Of a DNA stretch of 64,000 nucleotides, positions 61,761 to 64,000 are shown piece after piece. The DNA comes from Aplysia californica (Eukaryota): NCBI RefSeq assembly GCF_000002075.1, contig NW_004797862.1, forward strand, positions 394,992 to 458,991, read 5' to 3'. The translations under genes were made by a program, and so were the position numbers. Under the pieces are notes generated by a model, which was given only the letters and a program-made list of their open reading frames with translations, had not been told where the DNA came from and made no database searches. The stretch's first letter is position 1, and each line of letters starts with the position of its first letter.

Positions 61761-63419
61761 GTTGCATCCGGCACGGCAACGTAGTGAATCCTGCGCTTAG
61801 GATTCGAGTACTCGAGTATTCTCTGCCTTTAATTACTCGGACTCGAGTCTTAAAAAGCCCAACAACACCCCGACTGGCACATCCCCAATGTGTGCATAAA
61901 TAAATTGAAGCATTTCTGTTTATGTGTTATTACCTAAATAAAAACATTTTTGTTATTTCTGTTGAAAAGTTTTGGGTGAAATTAAACAGAAGTTTTTATC
62001 TAGACAAGTCGAATCTCCCGAGCATAATGGATAAAAATTTCCAAGGAGCATGGTGTTCCTTTTGGATTTCGTTTTGGAGGATGAAAATGATAACAAGATT
62101 ATACAATCTCTACTTTGATAACAATTACAGAGTAGGCTACATCAGAGAACCTTTATCGTATAGGCCTAAAATAGGCAATACATTATGTGGGCTACTCAGT
62201 CGGCGAGGATCATTATACACGGATTTTGAATTTACTCGGCTCCGTCGTCCCTGGGTCGATACCAGCACTGCGCTCGATAATAAGACCGCTTTGCCTGTTG
62301 GCACACACCGGCAACATGCCGACGTACTCATTTCTGATGGAACCACCTTGGAAAAATCGCCTATTGCCTTGCTAATAATATTGTCTTCTCTCGTTTTCCC
62401 AATCCAAAACTCAGATAATTTAAACTACAAACTCAACTCCCTTAGGGATAAAAGAAAGCAACAAACCAACAAAAGTGCCATCAGCCCTCAACAGATACAA
62501 ACAATTCTTTCAGCGTGCAGATTAAAGAGCAATCGAATTAGCATGCCTGAGGCCTCGACCATTCTAGCTAGTAAAAATCCCTAACAAAAACATTTGTATG
62601 TCTTCAGGTTTCTAGTTATTAGTAAACGTATTGTGATCCGATGGACAGAACACACTGCTCTGATCTCTTTAGGTTCTAAGGAACTCTGCACAAGAACTTA
62701 GTACTTTTTGTAATTTTATGTTGCACCTTTAATTCGTTGTTGTGTATTACAGCTTTATATTCTTAAAGTACGTTATTCATTCAAGGCATTATTGACAGAT
62801 TTTCTTTTCTTTTATGATCTAGAGGGTCTTTGCCATCCTTTAACTATTTAAAAATTCTTAGATTCCCCACTTCGGCTAACTCGGAAATATTGACACAGAT
62901 CGTTTTAAATGATGGCCACGTCTTTGGCAGATCAACTGTTGTCAGTCCTGGCAACCCCGTAAAGCGACTGTTGTTGATGATCACTACATGTACTCTACTA
63001 CTTTCTCTATCATCAGACGTCTGCACTGTTGTAGTTTGTAATTGCAGCAGCCTTTATTTTCAGACGGAGTTGTTACTGCACAGTAAGCCAGTTAACTACA
63101 AAACCTCACTTGTGCTATTATTATTCCGTTTTCGAGCAACGTGCGCTTGGATTCTCCTGTCAGATCAGTCTGAAATCTGCAAACGAGAATCTATTTTCTC
63201 GTGTGTAGTTGTAGTGTACAGTGTAGACTTGCTTCTTGAGAGACGAGATCATCTTCTTAGACAGAAGAGAAACTGTGATTTGTCTGAATTAGTGAGATAG
63301 GATAGAGATTCATAAATCTAGAATCTACCTCTGAAAGTAGCTAATTGTAATGCGACTGAGGGTAATGCTAGATCTAGTACTACTAGATCTACTACTACTT
63401 TTAACTAATAATAAACTAA

Positions 63420-63696
63420 TAATAATCCATGCTCATGAGCTTGCTCTGGCTCTATGCCTCTATGCGCTTTACAACTATTATTACCCCAGCAGACCCTCTG
63501 AGAACACTCAGAAATATTCTCGGCTTCCGCGGAAGCATACAGTGCAAGCCGGGTACCCATTTCCACCTGGGTGAAGTGAGGAAAATTTGTGCAAAGTGCC
63601 TTTCCCAAGGACACAACGTCGAGCCCCTGACGGGATTCGAACCCACGACCTTACGGTTGCGAGTCCGAGAGCCTAACCACTAGGCCACCGACACCA
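63420..63696 (-). mobile_element. tRNA-derived CORE-type SINE with an L2-like tail
   Basis: A box TGGCCTAGTGG, B box GGTTCGAATCC, CORE-like TGTGTCCTTGGGAAAGGCACTT, tail TGTAAAGCGC. 3' fragments at ~47005-47110 and ~8440-8520. Confidence 0.8.
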
Positions 63697-64000
63697 CTAT
63701 TTAAAAGTATTAGTGACTAGATCTGGATCATTCGATTTCTTTTCGAGGCCCTTGGCCTTGGGATCTCAGAATACTTGGACTTGTTGATTGTAAAATATAG
63801 AATCTCTAGACTCTAGAACTCTAGATTCTGATGAGCCTGAGCCTGCTGAGCCATAAAATCAATTCAAATTTTGTCTAGATCTAGATTTCTAGATTTCGAG
63901 TCCGAATAAGCAAAACCCATCTTCGGGCTCGAGTCCGAATAGGAATAGAGCACTGGCCTTTTAAGCTTTTTAATACTCTGTGCGAGTGAACTCTTATTCC

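Noticed and set aside
58005-61886. hAT-like element bounded by GGGATG termini with CGAGTACTCG subterminal repeats
   Set aside because: The TIR match is too short, there is no TSD and several gaps lie inside.
61922-63300. 220-aa and 156-aa ORFs
   Set aside because: No recognisable domain; at most a very decayed antisense LINE endonuclease region.

Overview
Repeat-rich animal genomic DNA with N gaps. The SINE and satellite content suggests a mollusc, probably a gastropod (inference only). Three genes can be reconstructed by hand. (1) SUDS3/SDS3, a Sin3-HDAC corepressor subunit: minus strand, 9 coding exons (19715->515, ~319 aa), with a GC-AG first intron, a U12-type intron 6 and a candidate duplicated 45-nt cassette exon. 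(2) Head-to-head with it, 395 bp away, an intact 3-exon ~498-aa gene derived from a PIF/Harbinger transposase (HARBI1/ALP1-like). Its third catalytic residue (E) is lost and it has a long acidic N-terminal extension, so it is a candidate domesticated pseudo-nuclease co-regulated with a deacetylase-complex subunit. (3) An RPA1/RPA70-like paralog with only DBD-A and DBD-B in one uninterrupted exon; the ssDNA-stacking aromatics are kept but the trimerisation domain is absent. The rest is mobile DNA: a collapsed Harbinger element, a decayed THAP-bearing P-like element, several 32-46 bp TIR-only scars with 8-bp TSDs that resemble P-element excision footprints, MITEs (6-bp, TAA, TA, TTAA and AWWT TSDs), RTE, L2 and RNase H-type LINE fragments, and three short retroposon families sharing one 3' tail. 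All coordinates were read by eye and no database searches were run.
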